Shown here piece by piece: positions 12,118 to 12,822 of a stretch of 12,822 nt of DNA. Numbering within the stretch: the first letter of the stretch is position 1; each line of letters opens with the position of its first letter. The DNA lies in UHGV virus genome UHGV-1325350. The stretch is one strand, 5' to 3'. A model generated the notes under the pieces. It made no database searches, was not told the DNA's origin, and saw only the letters and a list, made by a program, of their open reading frames with translations. Made by a program: the position numbers and the translations under genes. The DNA is from a virus.

Positions 12118-12285
12118 ATGACCGTTCGCTACCTGAATTATCAAATCCAGAACATCACTGGCGGTTGCTATGACTGGTTTGTCACTCTCGGAAAAGAAGT
12201 GATTACAGGGAAACTGGATGAAGTGAAAGCTAAGGCGTTGGCTTATGCCTGTAAACAATCCATGAAAATGAAAAGAAAAAAATAA
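12118..12285 (+). CDS. Hypothetical small protein, 55 aa, with basic C-terminal tail (not in ORF track)
   Basis: ATG at 12118-12120 preceded by GGAGGGAG at about 8 nt. My translation: MTVRYLNYQIQNITGGCYDWFVTLGKEVITGKLDEVKAKALAYACKQSMKMKRKK. TAA stop at 12283-12285, followed by a hairpin. Confidence 0.5.
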   Translation: MTVRYLNYQIQNITGGCYDWFVTLGKEVITGKLDEVKAKALAYACKQSMKMKRKK

Positions 12286-12298
12286 CAATGGGAACAAT

Positions 12299-12327
12299 CC
12301 GCCCCACTCCGCTATAAGGTGGGGCGG
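12299..12327. terminator. GC-rich hairpin between convergent genes (candidate bidirectional terminator)
   Basis: CCGCCCCAC (12299-12307) / GTGGGGCGG (12319-12327) with 11-nt loop. U-runs are imperfect on both sides, so terminator function is uncertain. Confidence 0.45.
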
Positions 12328-12342
12328 CATAATTAATACTGG

Positions 12343-12735
12343 TTAAAACTCACCTGCACGCTGTTTTTCAAGCACAGATTTAACATTTGGCGCTTTACCC
12401 TCAAAAGAATGGAAAGTGCCACATTTTTCTGTCTTCACCTCGCGCAGAGCTTCGCCATCGGCATTCTGCCATTGATGGGATAATGTCATATCACCGCGAG
12501 AAGGAACATCAAGCGAGTACAGCGTATAAGTGCCTCCCATCTCTGCATATTCCTGGAACACATAACTCATTACGTCAGATTCAGTTTTACGATGTGCGTT
12601 ATCGACCTTATTCCCGTTCAGAAATATAGCGTTTGGATAGATTTTTATATCAAACTGACCGCATTTCACTTGCAGATTCCCAGCGTCTGCCAGCAAAGGA
12701 AAAGCAGCCAATAAAGCAATAGCCAATCTTTTCAA
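12343..12735 (-). CDS. Putative secreted/periplasmic protein with signal peptide (130 aa, TTG start)
   Basis: N-terminus MKRLAIALLAAFPLLADA is a typical Sec signal peptide with an A-D-A cleavage motif. TTG start at 12733-12735 preceded by GGAGG at 5 nt. No family recognised; could be host or prophage cargo. Confidence 0.6.
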   Translation of the reverse strand: MKRLAIALLAAFPLLADAGNLQVKCGQFDIKIYPNAIFLNGNKVDNAHRKTESDVMSYVFQEYAEMGGTYTLYSLDVPSRGDMTLSHQWQNADGEALREVKTEKCGTFHSFEGKAPNVKSVLEKQRAGEF

Positions 12736-12822
12736 TTCTGCCTCCGCTGCGTAACTTATTGCCCGTATTTTTTACACCATTGCTCTGCCATTTGTTTGGC
12801 TAAAGGCCCGGCTACTGCACTG

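Noticed and set aside
1-12822. IS element or transposon
   Set aside because: No transposase-like ORF and no terminal inverted repeats flanking one; the repeats found are short regulatory-type repeats.

Overview
This window reads as the early/accessory region of an enterobacterial temperate prophage, not a core chromosomal segment. Almost all coding capacity is on the minus strand: about 25 tightly packed genes run leftward from a divergent promoter/operator region (about 11090-11207) to a bidirectional intrinsic terminator (603-634). Many are translationally coupled through ATGA, GTGA or TAATG stop/start overlaps. Recognisable products are a pre-processed UmuD'-like (HumD-like) protein behind a near-consensus LexA box, a lambda-type Ser/Thr protein phosphatase, three paralogous Ead/Ea22-like coiled-coil proteins, a free-standing ClpX-type zinc-binding domain protein, a DUF4406 (nucleoside 2-deoxyribosyltransferase-like) protein, an ASCH domain protein, DUF551 and DUF968-like proteins, two lipoproteins, a small secreted Cys-rich protein and several small membrane proteins. 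On the plus strand are a 5'-truncated gene at the left edge, a P1 Ref-like HNH nuclease gene (11208-11786) and a small 55-aa ORF. No integrase, repressor, Exo/Bet/RecT, rRNA, tRNA, CRISPR array or IS element was recognised. An exact 11-mer (ATGTTAGAAAA / TTTTCTAACAT) recurs at three intergenic sites, two of them inside palindromes overlapping promoter-like elements. A triple direct repeat (TATCCGTTAT) and a long inverted repeat (11911-11977) are not explained by the coding features. Several ORF-track starts are TTG or GTG longest-ORF calls, and I moved some to internal ATG codons that give coupling overlaps and better Shine-Dalgarno spacing. All family assignments are from motif recognition by eye, with no database search.
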